Positions 35,663 to 44,282 of a stretch of DNA of 64,000 nt are shown one piece after another. Positions within the stretch are counted from its first letter, which is position 1. Every line of letters begins with the position of its first letter. Made by a program: the position numbers and the translations under genes. A model generated the notes under the pieces. The model had not been told where the DNA came from. It worked only from the letters and a program-made list of their open reading frames with translations, and ran no database searches. Source of the stretch: a virus; IMG/VR virus record IMGVR_UViG_3300028028_000001, positions 32,001 to 96,000 of that record. One strand, written 5' to 3'.

Positions 35663-37564
35663 ATGCCAGGAATCCCGACTTCTCAAGGCCTGCGCTACCT
35701 GCTGAACCTTCGGATCGGCGTGGACGAGTTGCAGTGGTGGCAGAAGGAAGAGGTCGAGCAGCGCCGGCTGGCCGTTCGCGCGATGACTCGCAACTTCGGC
35801 CTTGTCGTGTCGAACAAGTGCGACGGCTCGGCGGATTCGCAGTGGCTCGTTGATGACGCTCCGGCAGGCACCGACGGCGTTCTCTACCTGACGACTTCGA
35901 CCGATAGCGCGCTCCCCGGGCAGGGTCCCGAGTCCGCGATCCTCGTCACAGATGACGGGGACGCGGTGGAGTTTGAAGGGCCTGACGGTGGGGCGATTCC
36001 CAACGTGATCGTGCCTGGCGATGCAACGTGGTACACGCTCGTCGCCCGGGCGTCGAGCACTTACGAGGGGCCCGGCACGATTCAACTCTTTGCAGGCGCT
36101 GGAAACGTTGTAGGTATCGACACGGTTTTTACGCGGTATATCGGCGCAACGGATGGCGGTACGGGACGTGGAACCCTCCTGCGCGTTTCTGGCTCGGCGT
36201 TAGGAAACGATGGCGACTACACGATCGAGACGATCGTGGATGGCTTGACCGCCACGGTTTCCCCTGTGGCTATTGCAAACGAATCCGGGCTTACCTACAC
36301 TCCGATCGGCACGTTTCTGGGCGCGACTCCTGCAAACCCGGAACTGCACGAACGCAAGCGTATTGTGTTTGCCTTGGTGGCCAGGACTCGGGAACCTGCC
36401 GCAGGGGATTACGTTGTCGCCGACGTGATGCGTGGGATTGGCGTTCACCCGATCACCGTCATCGACCGACGCGAGCGCAACATCTGGCGACCTTCGTTGG
36501 GTGGGGAGCATCACTGCTGCACCGCTTTTCCGATGTTGGGTTATGACACCGGAGCGGCTACGTGGGGCCCTGTTGTCGAGACAATTATGGCAAATGCTGG
36601 GCTCACGTCGTTGACAACCTCAAGCGGGATCGGATTGCTTGCCGCAGTTCAGGACATCGTGGCGGGCGATATTGTAGCGATGGAGTACGACGCCGCAACA
36701 TCAACTTGGCAGAACCCAGGCGGGGGCGCTGCGGTTACCATTGCAGCAGGAGCGGACGACCCAGCGATCATCGAAGTACCGGCCTCGTGTGGATTCACCC
36801 ATATCTGCTTCTACGTTGATGGCGGCGCTCTTTATATGGCGAGGTCCACGGACAAGGGTCTGACCTTCGCTGCTGGTGGGTTGATCTGGAACCCCCCAGC
36901 GGTTGATGCTGCTGACTACATCGAGAGACCCGCTGCGATCTTGTTGAAGAACCATCGGATCATCGTTCTTTGCTCGTATTACGACGACTCCGTGTCCCAT
37001 AAACTGATCAAGTACGTGTATTCAGATACCTACTCAGCGACCTGGGTTACCAACGCAAACGTCGGTTATACCTGGGTCAACTCGTTTACCTTGGCCCCTC
37101 CTGCCACGTATGACACAACGGACCCCGCCATTTGGCAGTCGGACAGCGGACGGATTGAGACCTGCTGGCAGGAGACCGGTCCAGGAGGGGCTATTCGGAT
37201 CCGTCATGCCGAGTCTCTTCGCGCTGGAGAACTTTACAGTGCGTCCATGATCAACCGTGGGTATGCAATAGCTGATCATTCTCAGGACCAGTACAGCCCT
37301 TGTTGTTTTGCAGACGACGATGGTAGTACGATTGTCGTTTACGAGCAAGATGCAGGGTTAAACGCAGATTTGCAAGTGTCAACTGTAGGCGGCACCTCAG
37401 TAATAGATGACAGCATTATTGTTCGTGGCGTGCTTTCGGTCAAACCATACGCATTACAACCCATTGGCTCCAGTCTTATCACGCTTTACCGTGTTGTGAA
37501 TACCATTTATTCAATCCGTCTTCAACTCAACCGCGCCCAAAGAAACAAACTCACGAGGTTCTAA
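35663..37564 (+). CDS. Tail fibre / receptor-binding protein with BNR (Asp-box) beta-propeller-like C-terminal half
   Basis: 'RSTDKGLTF', 'YSDTYSATW' and 'QSDSGRIETCW' fit SxDxGxTW-type repeats. The last ~300 nt are markedly low in GC. Confidence 0.6.
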   Translation: MPGIPTSQGLRYLLNLRIGVDELQWWQKEEVEQRRLAVRAMTRNFGLVVSNKCDGSADSQWLVDDAPAGTDGVLYLTTSTDSALPGQGPESAILVTDDGDAVEFEGPDGGAIPNVIVPGDATWYTLVARASSTYEGPGTIQLFAGAGNVVGIDTVFTRYIGATDGGTGRGTLLRVSGSALGNDGDYTIETIVDGLTATVSPVAIANESGLTYTPIGTFLGATPANPELHERKRIVFALVARTREPAAGDYVVADVMRGIGVHPITVIDRRERNIWRPSLGGEHHCCTAFPMLGYDTGAATWGPVVETIMANAGLTSLTTSSGIGLLAAVQDIVAGDIVAMEYDAATSTWQNPGGGAAVTIAAGADDPAIIEVPASCGFTHICFYVDGGALYMARSTDKGLTFAAGGLIWNPPAVDAADYIERPAAILLKNHRIIVLCSYYDDSVSHKLIKYVYSDTYSATWVTNANVGYTWVNSFTLAPPATYDTTDPAIWQSDSGRIETCWQETGPGGAIRIRHAESLRAGELYSASMINRGYAIADHSQDQYSPCCFADDDGSTIVVYEQDAGLNADLQVSTVGGTSVIDDSIIVRGVLSVKPYALQPIGSSLITLYRVVNTIYSIRLQLNRAQRNKLTRF

Positions 37565-38428
37565 ATGGACTTTTCACGAATCTATAGCACTTTGGAGCGG
37601 ATACGGGCCGCGATTGCTTCTCCTGCGATTCCTGCTGGTGCGGCGACATCATCCAACCAAACGACCGGAGCCCAGAAGACCCAACTCTGCGGCGCTGGCC
37701 CTGGATACGCCGCGCTTGATGTTGCGACCGCCACGAAGCAGAGCGACGGCTCCCAGAAGACCATGATCATGGGCGTCGAGGGTGCCAACCAGCGTCAGGT
37801 CAAGGTCAACCCGCTGGGAGCCGTGAACATCGACGCTCCGCAGCTTCCCGCAGCCCTCGATGGAGTCTCGCTCAAGGTCAAGGAGCAGAGCCCCCTGACC
37901 GGGTTCGCCCTTGAGGCCGGTGGAAACCTCGCGAGCATCAAAGGCGACATGACCACACTCGCGGGCATTGACTACGCGACTGACACGAATCTCGCCGACG
38001 TGCTCACGTCGCTCTCTGCCGGTGGCGACGCCCTGAACGCGATTAACGCGCCGGCAAGAGGCACCAGGATCCCGCTGGCGACGATCGTGCTGGCGGCCGA
38101 AACCGGAGTCACCGAGTACGCCCTTGCGACCGGCCTCCCCGCAGGTACGGAGATCGACATCGTTGGAGTCAAGGGCGGGCTCTCTGCTGCTCCTGGCGCT
38201 GCGACCTGGAGGATCCACGCGAGCGACGTGACCGGCTGGACCCCGCTCGACTACGAAGAGGAGTGTTACACGTCGGCGGCTACTGCGGTGGCCTCGCCCA
38301 TCGGCGACAGCATCCCGAACAATCCCGCCATGCTCACCGTCCCCGTGAGTGGAAACATCTTCGTTCGAATCATCCCCAACGCTGGAACCATCACGGGCAG
38401 CGTCAAGATCCGCATTGTAAGGCGGTAA
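37565..38428 (+). CDS. Putative tail fibre protein
   Basis: Position in the fibre module. Ala/Gly/Thr-rich fibrous composition. Confidence 0.5.
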   Translation: MDFSRIYSTLERIRAAIASPAIPAGAATSSNQTTGAQKTQLCGAGPGYAALDVATATKQSDGSQKTMIMGVEGANQRQVKVNPLGAVNIDAPQLPAALDGVSLKVKEQSPLTGFALEAGGNLASIKGDMTTLAGIDYATDTNLADVLTSLSAGGDALNAINAPARGTRIPLATIVLAAETGVTEYALATGLPAGTEIDIVGVKGGLSAAPGAATWRIHASDVTGWTPLDYEEECYTSAATAVASPIGDSIPNNPAMLTVPVSGNIFVRIIPNAGTITGSVKIRIVRR

Positions 38429-38429
38429 C

Positions 38430-39587
38430 ATGTCATTCCCCAGCCAGCCCCAGCTTCCCGCCGGCTCGATTGTACCGACTCTGCCGGTTGTTCCTGTGGC
38501 CTTGCCAGCCCCGAGCCTCCCCACAATCACCCCAAGCGGAACCTTCGTTTGGGGCAACTGCGAAACCTACGTAGAGGAAACCCTTACCCTGACCTGTGCT
38601 GCGGGTGTGTCCCCGGGATCGTGCCTCCTCACGTTCACGGGTGACGCAGACGCGTTCGAGATGGTCGAGCGTGATGGGGTGATCATCGACCCCCCGCAGG
38701 ACTGCTCGACGATATCCGACCAACAGAGCCGATTTTCCGTGGCTCCAGGCGGCTCCACGACCGCGAAGTTCCGATTCATACCGACCGATGGCGCGGCAAA
38801 GTCTGCAACTCTGACCGTCACAAACGAGCTTGGAGCCAGTCTTGGCACGTTCACGATGTCAGGAACGTGGACGGACACATTCGTTATCGCCAATATTTCC
38901 GCGGGAATGTCGCTCTATTGCGCGCGGGACATTTCAGTAGGAGCGCTATCCCTGGGTACACGATTCAGGGATATGTCCGGCGTTCTACCAGATCACATCG
39001 CAATAGTGCCCGCGGGGGAGTGGGCCATTAAAAGCGACGCACCGATCGGGGCTTGTGCATCGCTCGCTAAATGCGTCGAGTCAGATACTCAGACGGATTG
39101 GGTTGCCGGTGCTACTCGACGGCAAATCACAATCGAAAGCAATCTTTCCACGGGGGCGATAGCGGGCTTCGTCGTCTTCAAAGTACCAAGTTATTACTAC
39201 TACGTCACCCTTTGGATGAACAAGGGAAACTGTCTGGTGGAAGGCGGTTTGAACCCGTCGTTTGGGATATATACAAGTGCAACACAGATTGCGCTTTACG
39301 TCAACGATGGAGGTGGGTTTGCACAAGTCAATCACGCATCAACGGCCGGTGTTCTTTTTGCGGCTTGGCGCCGATCGGGCGGAACGACCTATCACTATCT
39401 TTCCGCTGTCGGCGGTGCGTGGAAGGGGCTGGGGTCGGCCTCCTCTGCAACGTTTCAGGTCGTAAAGGGCTCCATGATCTACCCCGATTGCACCCCGACA
39501 AGAGTGGATAATCTCATGTACGCTTGGGGGATCAGCGAATTTGACACATCAGAGGCGGACCTCCAGGCCATCTTCGAGGCGATGTGA
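38430..39587 (+). CDS. Hypothetical tail-associated protein
   Basis: Pro-rich N-terminus. Lies between the fibre genes and the endolysin. Its central part is lower in GC. Confidence 0.5.
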   Translation: MSFPSQPQLPAGSIVPTLPVVPVALPAPSLPTITPSGTFVWGNCETYVEETLTLTCAAGVSPGSCLLTFTGDADAFEMVERDGVIIDPPQDCSTISDQQSRFSVAPGGSTTAKFRFIPTDGAAKSATLTVTNELGASLGTFTMSGTWTDTFVIANISAGMSLYCARDISVGALSLGTRFRDMSGVLPDHIAIVPAGEWAIKSDAPIGACASLAKCVESDTQTDWVAGATRRQITIESNLSTGAIAGFVVFKVPSYYYYVTLWMNKGNCLVEGGLNPSFGIYTSATQIALYVNDGGGFAQVNHASTAGVLFAAWRRSGGTTYHYLSAVGGAWKGLGSASSATFQVVKGSMIYPDCTPTRVDNLMYAWGISEFDTSEADLQAIFEAM

Positions 39588-40174
39588 TGAAACCCTACCT
39601 CATCACCGCGCACACGCCCCACCCAGGAGCGGACCCTGATGGCCCGGGAGGAATCCCCTCGGAGTCCGAACTCTCCCCCGTGGTCTGCCGCGAGGTCTGC
39701 CGCCTTGTCCAGGGCGCTCGACTCGCGGAGGGTGCTACGTCAGGAGACCGGCGCGCGTTCGTGGCGGCTCAAAGTGGCGAGCGCCTGGCCATCGAGGTGC
39801 ATGCCAACATGGGTAGGGGCAGAGCCGGGATCGTCTTCTACATGCCCGGGTCGAAGCGTGGTGAAAGGGCCGCTCGTCTCATCGCCGCAGAGCTCCAGCG
39901 CGAGATCCGGATCATCGCGCCCGATTACTACTGCATCGTCCAGCCGGCCCAAGACAAGTGGGATGACGGATCCGAAGCGTGGCCGAACACGCAGGACGCG
40001 CTTCATTGGACATGGCCGGACGATCCCAAGAAGTTCAAGAAAATGGTGGAATGCTCCGGTGTGCTGGTCGAGCTCGGGTTCCTGGACCAACCCAAGCACG
40101 CGGCGCTGTGGAAGGAAGACGGACTCAAGATTTGTGCCCGAGGCATTGCTTCCGGGTTATGGATGATGTCATGA
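39587..40174 (+). CDS. Endolysin, N-acetylmuramoyl-L-alanine amidase (Amidase_3-like)
   Basis: 'LAIEVHANMGRGRAGIVFYMPGS...RLIAAELQ...GVLVELGFLDQPKHAALW'. ATG 39587 (TGATG junction). Confidence 0.8.
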   Translation: MKPYLITAHTPHPGADPDGPGGIPSESELSPVVCREVCRLVQGARLAEGATSGDRRAFVAAQSGERLAIEVHANMGRGRAGIVFYMPGSKRGERAARLIAAELQREIRIIAPDYYCIVQPAQDKWDDGSEAWPNTQDALHWTWPDDPKKFKKMVECSGVLVELGFLDQPKHAALWKEDGLKICARGIASGLWMMS

Positions 40175-40395
40175 ACCAGCGCCTCACCATGATCCTCCTC
40201 GCGCTCGGAGTCATGGCCTCCTGCCTGCTCATGGGGCGATGTTCGGCGCCACCTTGCCGGGAGTGCCCACCTCCCCCAATATGCCCCAGCGTTGACGTGG
40301 AAGCCCGCGACGTGCAGATCAGAGCGCTCCGGGATATGGAGCCGGACCTTCGGACCGAGGAGATCGCTACCCTTCTTGAGGAGTGCCTCCGATGA
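40171..40395 (+). CDS. Small membrane/lipoprotein, Pro/Cys-rich (o-spanin-like)
   Basis: ATGA overlap. 'MILLALGVMASC' is lipobox-like, followed by 'CRECPPPPICP'. Confidence 0.5.
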   Translation: MNQRLTMILLALGVMASCLLMGRCSAPPCRECPPPPICPSVDVEARDVQIRALRDMEPDLRTEEIATLLEECLR

Positions 40396-40565
40396 ACGAT
40401 GAGCACGATATGCCCGCATTCTCCGGCTCCAACGACAGTTGGATCGAGAAGAGGCGGATCCGAGAGCAGATCGCGGGTTCCTGTACCTACTGCCGCCCCC
40501 ATTCGGGCGAAAACCGGCGCAAGGGAAACCGTCCGCCCCAGAAAAAACGGAAGGACTGGCGATGA
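40392..40565 (+). CDS. Small basic hypothetical protein
   Basis: ATGA overlaps at both ends. 57 aa, 'CTYCRPH', K/R-rich tail. Confidence 0.45.
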   Translation: MNDEHDMPAFSGSNDSWIEKRRIREQIAGSCTYCRPHSGENRRKGNRPPQKKRKDWR

Positions 40566-40966
40566 TCTGGCTCCTCCTAACCGGTTGCATCCACACGATC
40601 GAGCCGCTCTATCCGGACGTGCCGCCCGTTGCGCCGGCTCGCGAAGAAGTGCCGGCTTCGTTGGATGACGTGCCGGGCGTGGGGTTCTACATCCCCGGAA
40701 AGCCAGCGCCGTTCGTTGACGCGCAATGCCGGGCGACTGGACGCGGGCAGGTCCTTCCTCAATCGGATTCGGTACTTGTGATTCAACAATCCCGAGACCT
40801 TGACTTCTGGCGCCAGTACGGCATGGACCGATACCAGGAGCGGCAGGGCTACGAGAATTCGAGGCAGTTTCTTTACTCCGAGGCGGTGGTCGCCCGGAGA
40901 AAAATGATCTGGGGGACCGCTTCCGATGTCGGAGTTGGGATCCTGGTTGAATTCATTATCCTGTGA
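40562..40966 (+). CDS. Lipoprotein with C-terminal TM helix (unimolecular-spanin-like architecture)
   Basis: ATGA overlap. 'MIWLLLTGC' lipobox. C-terminal 'VGVGILVEFIIL'. 134 aa. Confidence 0.55.
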   Translation: MIWLLLTGCIHTIEPLYPDVPPVAPAREEVPASLDDVPGVGFYIPGKPAPFVDAQCRATGRGQVLPQSDSVLVIQQSRDLDFWRQYGMDRYQERQGYENSRQFLYSEAVVARRKMIWGTASDVGVGILVEFIIL

Positions 40967-40973
40967 TGCGGAG

Positions 40974-41519
40974 ATGAACATGGCAGAACCGAAAGTCAAA
41001 CCGGACCAGGACCACGAGACAACGCAGGAGTGTTTCAGGTCTACGGTTGCCAGACTGGATGAATCATCGAAGGCTATGGCCGGGCTTCCTCCTGCTATGG
41101 CCGTGCTTGGTGAAAAGATAGACCGAGCAGTTGACGAGATCAACAGCACTGCCGCAGCGGCTATGGCACTTGTGCATGGTAGTATTGCCCAAGTTGCGGC
41201 CGTGGTAGCCGTTGCCACATCGCACGCTGAAATGGTTGCAAGGCGAGAGGCTATTGAAGCCAAAAAAGAGGCGGACAAAATCGCAGTAGCGAAAGAAAAG
41301 GAAGCTCAGTGGTGGGGTAGAATCGACCGGGTCGGCGGGAAACTGACCATTCCCGCGCTTATTGTGCTGACATCTCTCGCGAATTGTCTGGCATCGAGAA
41401 TGAGTTATCAGCCTGCTGCCGTTGCACAAACCGCATCGGTGGCGGCTGTGGCGACGACTGCGACGGTGGCTCCAACGGCGGCTGTTGCCCCTACGGCTGC
41501 GGTGGCTACATCGCCGTGA
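40974..41519 (+). CDS. Membrane protein of the lysis cassette (holin candidate)
   Basis: Hydrophobic 'IAQVAAVVAVAT' and 'LTIPALIVLTSLANCLA'. C-terminal VAPTAA repeats. Confidence 0.45.
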   Translation: MNMAEPKVKPDQDHETTQECFRSTVARLDESSKAMAGLPPAMAVLGEKIDRAVDEINSTAAAAMALVHGSIAQVAAVVAVATSHAEMVARREAIEAKKEADKIAVAKEKEAQWWGRIDRVGGKLTIPALIVLTSLANCLASRMSYQPAAVAQTASVAAVATTATVAPTAAVAPTAAVATSP

Positions 41520-41701
41520 AGTGGGCGATCCTGTTTCTTTTGGCGATCGATGAGTGCCCCGGCTCGAACATCGAGGAGGCGCTTATAGATTATGAGGATC
41601 GGTGCGGGGAGAGTCTTGCTGTGGCGGGCTACCCTACGCCGGAATGCGTTGCTGCTATCGAGGTTTCTGATTGTGGGGTTGTGCCGGGGGAGTGTAAATA
41701 G
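41516..41701 (+). CDS. Small Cys-containing protein with a hydrophobic N-terminus
   Basis: GTGA overlap with the upstream stop. 'VKWAILFLLAI...'. Last + strand gene. Confidence 0.4.
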   Translation: MKWAILFLLAIDECPGSNIEEALIDYEDRCGESLAVAGYPTPECVAAIEVSDCGVVPGECK

Positions 41702-41703
41702 CA

Positions 41704-41732
41704 GCGACCGCATAGGATCGCTATACGGTCGC
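41704..41732. terminator. Hairpin between convergent blocks (possible bidirectional terminator)
   Basis: GCGACCG-c-ATAG [gatcg] CTAT-a-CGGTCGC, 11 bp paired. No clear U-tract on either strand. Confidence 0.4.
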
Positions 41733-41802
41733 GGTACTCCTTGTGCGACTTGGCACATGAGCTGAAATCAGTTTAGCATGGGTTAGGGTGGGGCAAGGGC
41801 CT

Positions 41803-42063
41803 TCACAGGTCATACTCCGATGTCTTGTTCATGCCGCGCCGCTCATCTCGGAGAGCGCGACGAAGAACCTTCTTGGCGATTCCTGGCGGTAATAGGGGAA
41901 CGTCTCGAAAGAACGGCGTACCGGAGCAGTTTGGGCAATCGCCATAGCGACATGAGTTTATGACGGGATCCATGAACCAAAGGAGCGGCTTTTTACCTCG
42001 CCTGACCCGTCGCGTCTCGAATCCGCACATCCAACAGCGGACTTTGTAGCGGTGATGGCGCAT
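41803..42063 (-). CDS. Zinc-finger hypothetical protein
   Basis: 'CWMCG...CRYGDCPNC'. Lies in the low-GC island. Confidence 0.55.
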   Translation of the reverse strand: MRHHRYKVRCWMCGFETRRVRRGKKPLLWFMDPVINSCRYGDCPNCSGTPFFRDVPLLPPGIAKKVLRRALRDERRGMNKTSEYDL

Positions 42064-42065
42064 CG

Positions 42066-42374
42066 CTACTCCGGCAAAGGCACGTCAACAAGCCGATAGT
42101 TGATCATTTCAACGTGCCCATGGTGGTCCATTCTGGCCACAAGGTCCTCATCTCCATCCGCCTCCGCTTGCTCACGGGTCACTCGGTCGCACTCCTCGGT
42201 CATGCCATGGACCACGCCCCAACAGATTCCGGTTACGGCATCGTCCCAGCCGTCTTCGGCGTGCTCTCTCATGTCGTCTATGGCCTCCTGACAGCGCTTG
42301 CGGGCTTCGTCGGCCGTCGCGTGAAAGTCGGTCCCGTCGTCGGGGACGTAGCTGAAATAGTTGCGTTCGGTCAT
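42066..42374 (-). CDS. Acidic hypothetical protein
   Basis: ATGA overlap upstream. Coding-like composition. Confidence 0.6.
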   Translation of the reverse strand: MTERNYFSYVPDDGTDFHATADEARKRCQEAIDDMREHAEDGWDDAVTGICWGVVHGMTEECDRVTREQAEADGDEDLVARMDHHGHVEMINYRLVDVPLPE

Positions 42375-42799
42375 TTCTTCAATCCTTTCGCTAACAGTTC
42401 CATAAATGTAGGGGGAATGGGTTCCTCAAAAAAGAGATATCCCTCTGTACCTTTATACGCCCAATATAAATCCTGGTAGTATCCAAGTTGTTCATCGTCC
42501 ACAACACACGCTTTTTTCTCCGGAGCCCACGACCAGGTGCAAAGTTTGCCATCGACTATCTTCGTACCTTGAAAGGCGTAAAGCAATGAAATACGCTGGC
42601 CATGTGCATCCATGAAGGGCTTGCTATCGACACCGCGACGATGATGATCCTCGTAGTATTCTCCGCAATGTGGGCACGGAATATGTGGAAAGAAAAGACG
42701 CGCCATGAACGGATGAAAGGCACCGGCCCGAAGATAAAACAGGATCCCTCCGTTTTGGGATAGGTCTATGATTTTCTCAGTCATCAGGTCGTCAAACAT
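42371..42799 (-). CDS. Hypothetical protein (lowest-GC gene in the window)
   Basis: AGGTGA RBS. 'CPHCGEYYEDHH'. GC about 47% by eye against about 60% in the flanks. Confidence 0.6.
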   Translation of the reverse strand: MFDDLMTEKIIDLSQNGGILFYLRAGAFHPFMARLFFPHIPCPHCGEYYEDHHRRGVDSKPFMDAHGQRISLLYAFQGTKIVDGKLCTWSWAPEKKACVVDDEQLGYYQDLYWAYKGTEGYLFFEEPIPPTFMELLAKGLKK

Positions 42800-42829
42800 T
42801 ATTTCACCTGTTTCCTTTTTGGAAAAGAA

Positions 42830-43057
42830 TCATCTCCTCCACCATTCCCGCGCAGGAGGCGGGCGCTTTTCGTGTTTCTTTTTCGGAGGGTCGGCAGGTA
42901 TGGGTTGGTGCCAACACAAGTAGTACGCCGTTTCCGTGGCATTTGAGACCGGATATTCACCCGTCCCGAGGCACGTCGGGCAGTCCGATTGAGTGCTTGT
43001 GATGTCTCGGTTGTTTATCCAACCGAGACCTTTGCACGTTGGGCAAGGCGTGGGCAT
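42830..43057 (-). CDS. DnaJ-type zinc-finger protein (two CxxCxGxG motifs)
   Basis: 'CPTCKGLG' and 'CPTCLGTG'. Start set to the internal ATG, which shares one base with the upstream TGA. Confidence 0.6.
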   Translation of the reverse strand: MPTPCPTCKGLGWINNRDITSTQSDCPTCLGTGEYPVSNATETAYYLCWHQPIPADPPKKKHEKRPPPAREWWRR

Positions 43058-43401
43058 CACCACTCCGTAGAGTAAAGGAACCCGGAAGGCTGCAACGCCC
43101 ACCAGGAGGCCTTCGCGTGAATCCCGTACCGGAAAGGACCATCCGGGTACGTGTTGCCCATGGCCTTCGTGATGACGATGCACTTGGACAAGTCCGCGCC
43201 CGCGTGCTCGGCATGGATGAGTTCTTCTTTTACGGTGAAGTCGTCTTCAAAGCCGACATCTACCGATTCGTCATCGGACAGTTGATCCCACTCTTCATCG
43301 TAGGTGTACGGTTCGCCCGTGTGCTCCTCGTAAACCGTGAGCACGTCTGATGCTGTTTCGGCTATGAACGTGTCCGTGCCGTTTGTGAAAAGGTGGCGCA
43401 T
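43057..43401 (-). CDS. Acidic hypothetical protein
   Basis: ATG 43401 has AAGGA 7 nt upstream. The ORF-track GTG at 43446 lacks usable RBS spacing. Confidence 0.55.
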   Translation of the reverse strand: MRHLFTNGTDTFIAETASDVLTVYEEHTGEPYTYDEEWDQLSDDESVDVGFEDDFTVKEELIHAEHAGADLSKCIVITKAMGNTYPDGPFRYGIHAKASWWALQPSGFLYSTEW

Positions 43402-43433
43402 TTTCTTGTCCTTGGGATGAAAGGTGTACCGGG

Positions 43434-44183
43434 TCACTCCTCGCACCCCTCGAAAATGATGGATTCAAGGTGCCCTTCCAGCAGAGGGAAACTCATCCAC
43501 TTGTCCGGATCCTGTCGCAACAGCCGGAGGTCAAGCCAGCAGTTGAAGCGCTCTTCCAAGTTGGCCCGGGTCAACCCCGCGCGTACTTCGGGTTCGATGA
43601 ACCCCTCCGAATCGCTGGTGTCCACGGGTTCGACCACCGGCACGGGCTCCACGGTCGTCTTCTTCTTCGCGACAACGACTCTCCGTCTGACTTCGGGCGC
43701 CCGCGCGAGCTCTTCCAGCCGTCCGGCTTTCTCCGCCGCTCGATAGTGCTTGTGGCACAACCCGCCCTTGTGATCCGGAGTCGAGCAACCCTCGATCCGG
43801 CAAACTCCGGGCGTCGTGGAGTTGCCGATTTTCATCTCGACAACCGGAGCCACGGGCGCGAACTCATCAAGTCGGTTTTCCGCGAGCGCGCGCTGGTAGT
43901 GGCGCTCACAGAGGCCCTTGCGCTTTGCCCCGAATCGGCACCCTTCGACGTTGCACCGGCCATAGACCGGATTGGAAGCCCGGTGCATTTCATCGGGGAT
44001 CTTACGCATCGTGCTCTCCGGGGGTTCGCAGAGACCCGCCTTGATGACCTGCTCTCGGTGTTCTCGGCAAAGGTGGCGCGTTTCAGGGGACCGTAGAGGA
44101 CCCGTGGCGTTGCGATAGATCGTGACGCGCTCGGTTCCGCCGAAAGAGGCGGTGCATCCTGTCACGTCGCAGGGGTGGGTCAT
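43434..44183 (-). CDS. Protein with three CxxGC...(G)LCxxH(Y/R) zinc-ribbon repeats (putative DNA-binding)
   Basis: 'CDVTGC...LCREHR', 'CNVEGC...GLCERHY', 'CRIEGC...GLCHKHY'. AAGGAG RBS before ATG 44183. The longer ORF-track N-terminus overlaps the tRNA. Confidence 0.65.
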   Translation of the reverse strand: MTHPCDVTGCTASFGGTERVTIYRNATGPLRSPETRHLCREHREQVIKAGLCEPPESTMRKIPDEMHRASNPVYGRCNVEGCRFGAKRKGLCERHYQRALAENRLDEFAPVAPVVEMKIGNSTTPGVCRIEGCSTPDHKGGLCHKHYRAAEKAGRLEELARAPEVRRRVVVAKKKTTVEPVPVVEPVDTSDSEGFIEPEVRAGLTRANLEERFNCWLDLRLLRQDPDKWMSFPLLEGHLESIIFEGCEE

Positions 44184-44202
44184 GTTGGCTCCTTGAAAAG
44201 AA

Positions 44203-44274
44203 TGGACCCGGTGGGAGTCGAACCCACGACATCCTGCTTGCAAGGCAGGCGCTCTCCCGCTGAGCTACGGGCCC
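44203..44274 (-). tRNA. tRNA-Ala (anticodon UGC)
   Basis: Hand-folded cloverleaf: GGGCCCG/CGGGTCC acceptor with G3:U70, anticodon loop CUUGCAA, T-loop TTCGACT, discriminator A. CCA is not encoded. Confidence 0.9.
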
Positions 44275-44282
44275 GGTGGTGG

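Noticed and set aside
29700-38557. Antisense ORFs in the tail region (29700..30788, 31014..32096, 32870..34024, 37649..38557)
   Set aside because: They lie opposite an uninterrupted, overlap-coupled baseplate/fibre operon. Composition is non-protein-like.
44184-44243. N-terminal extension of ORF 43434..44243 ('MQAGCRGFDSHRVHSFQGAN')
   Set aside because: It is simply the translation of the tRNA-Ala gene on the same strand. A proper ATG with an AAGGAG RBS lies at 44183.
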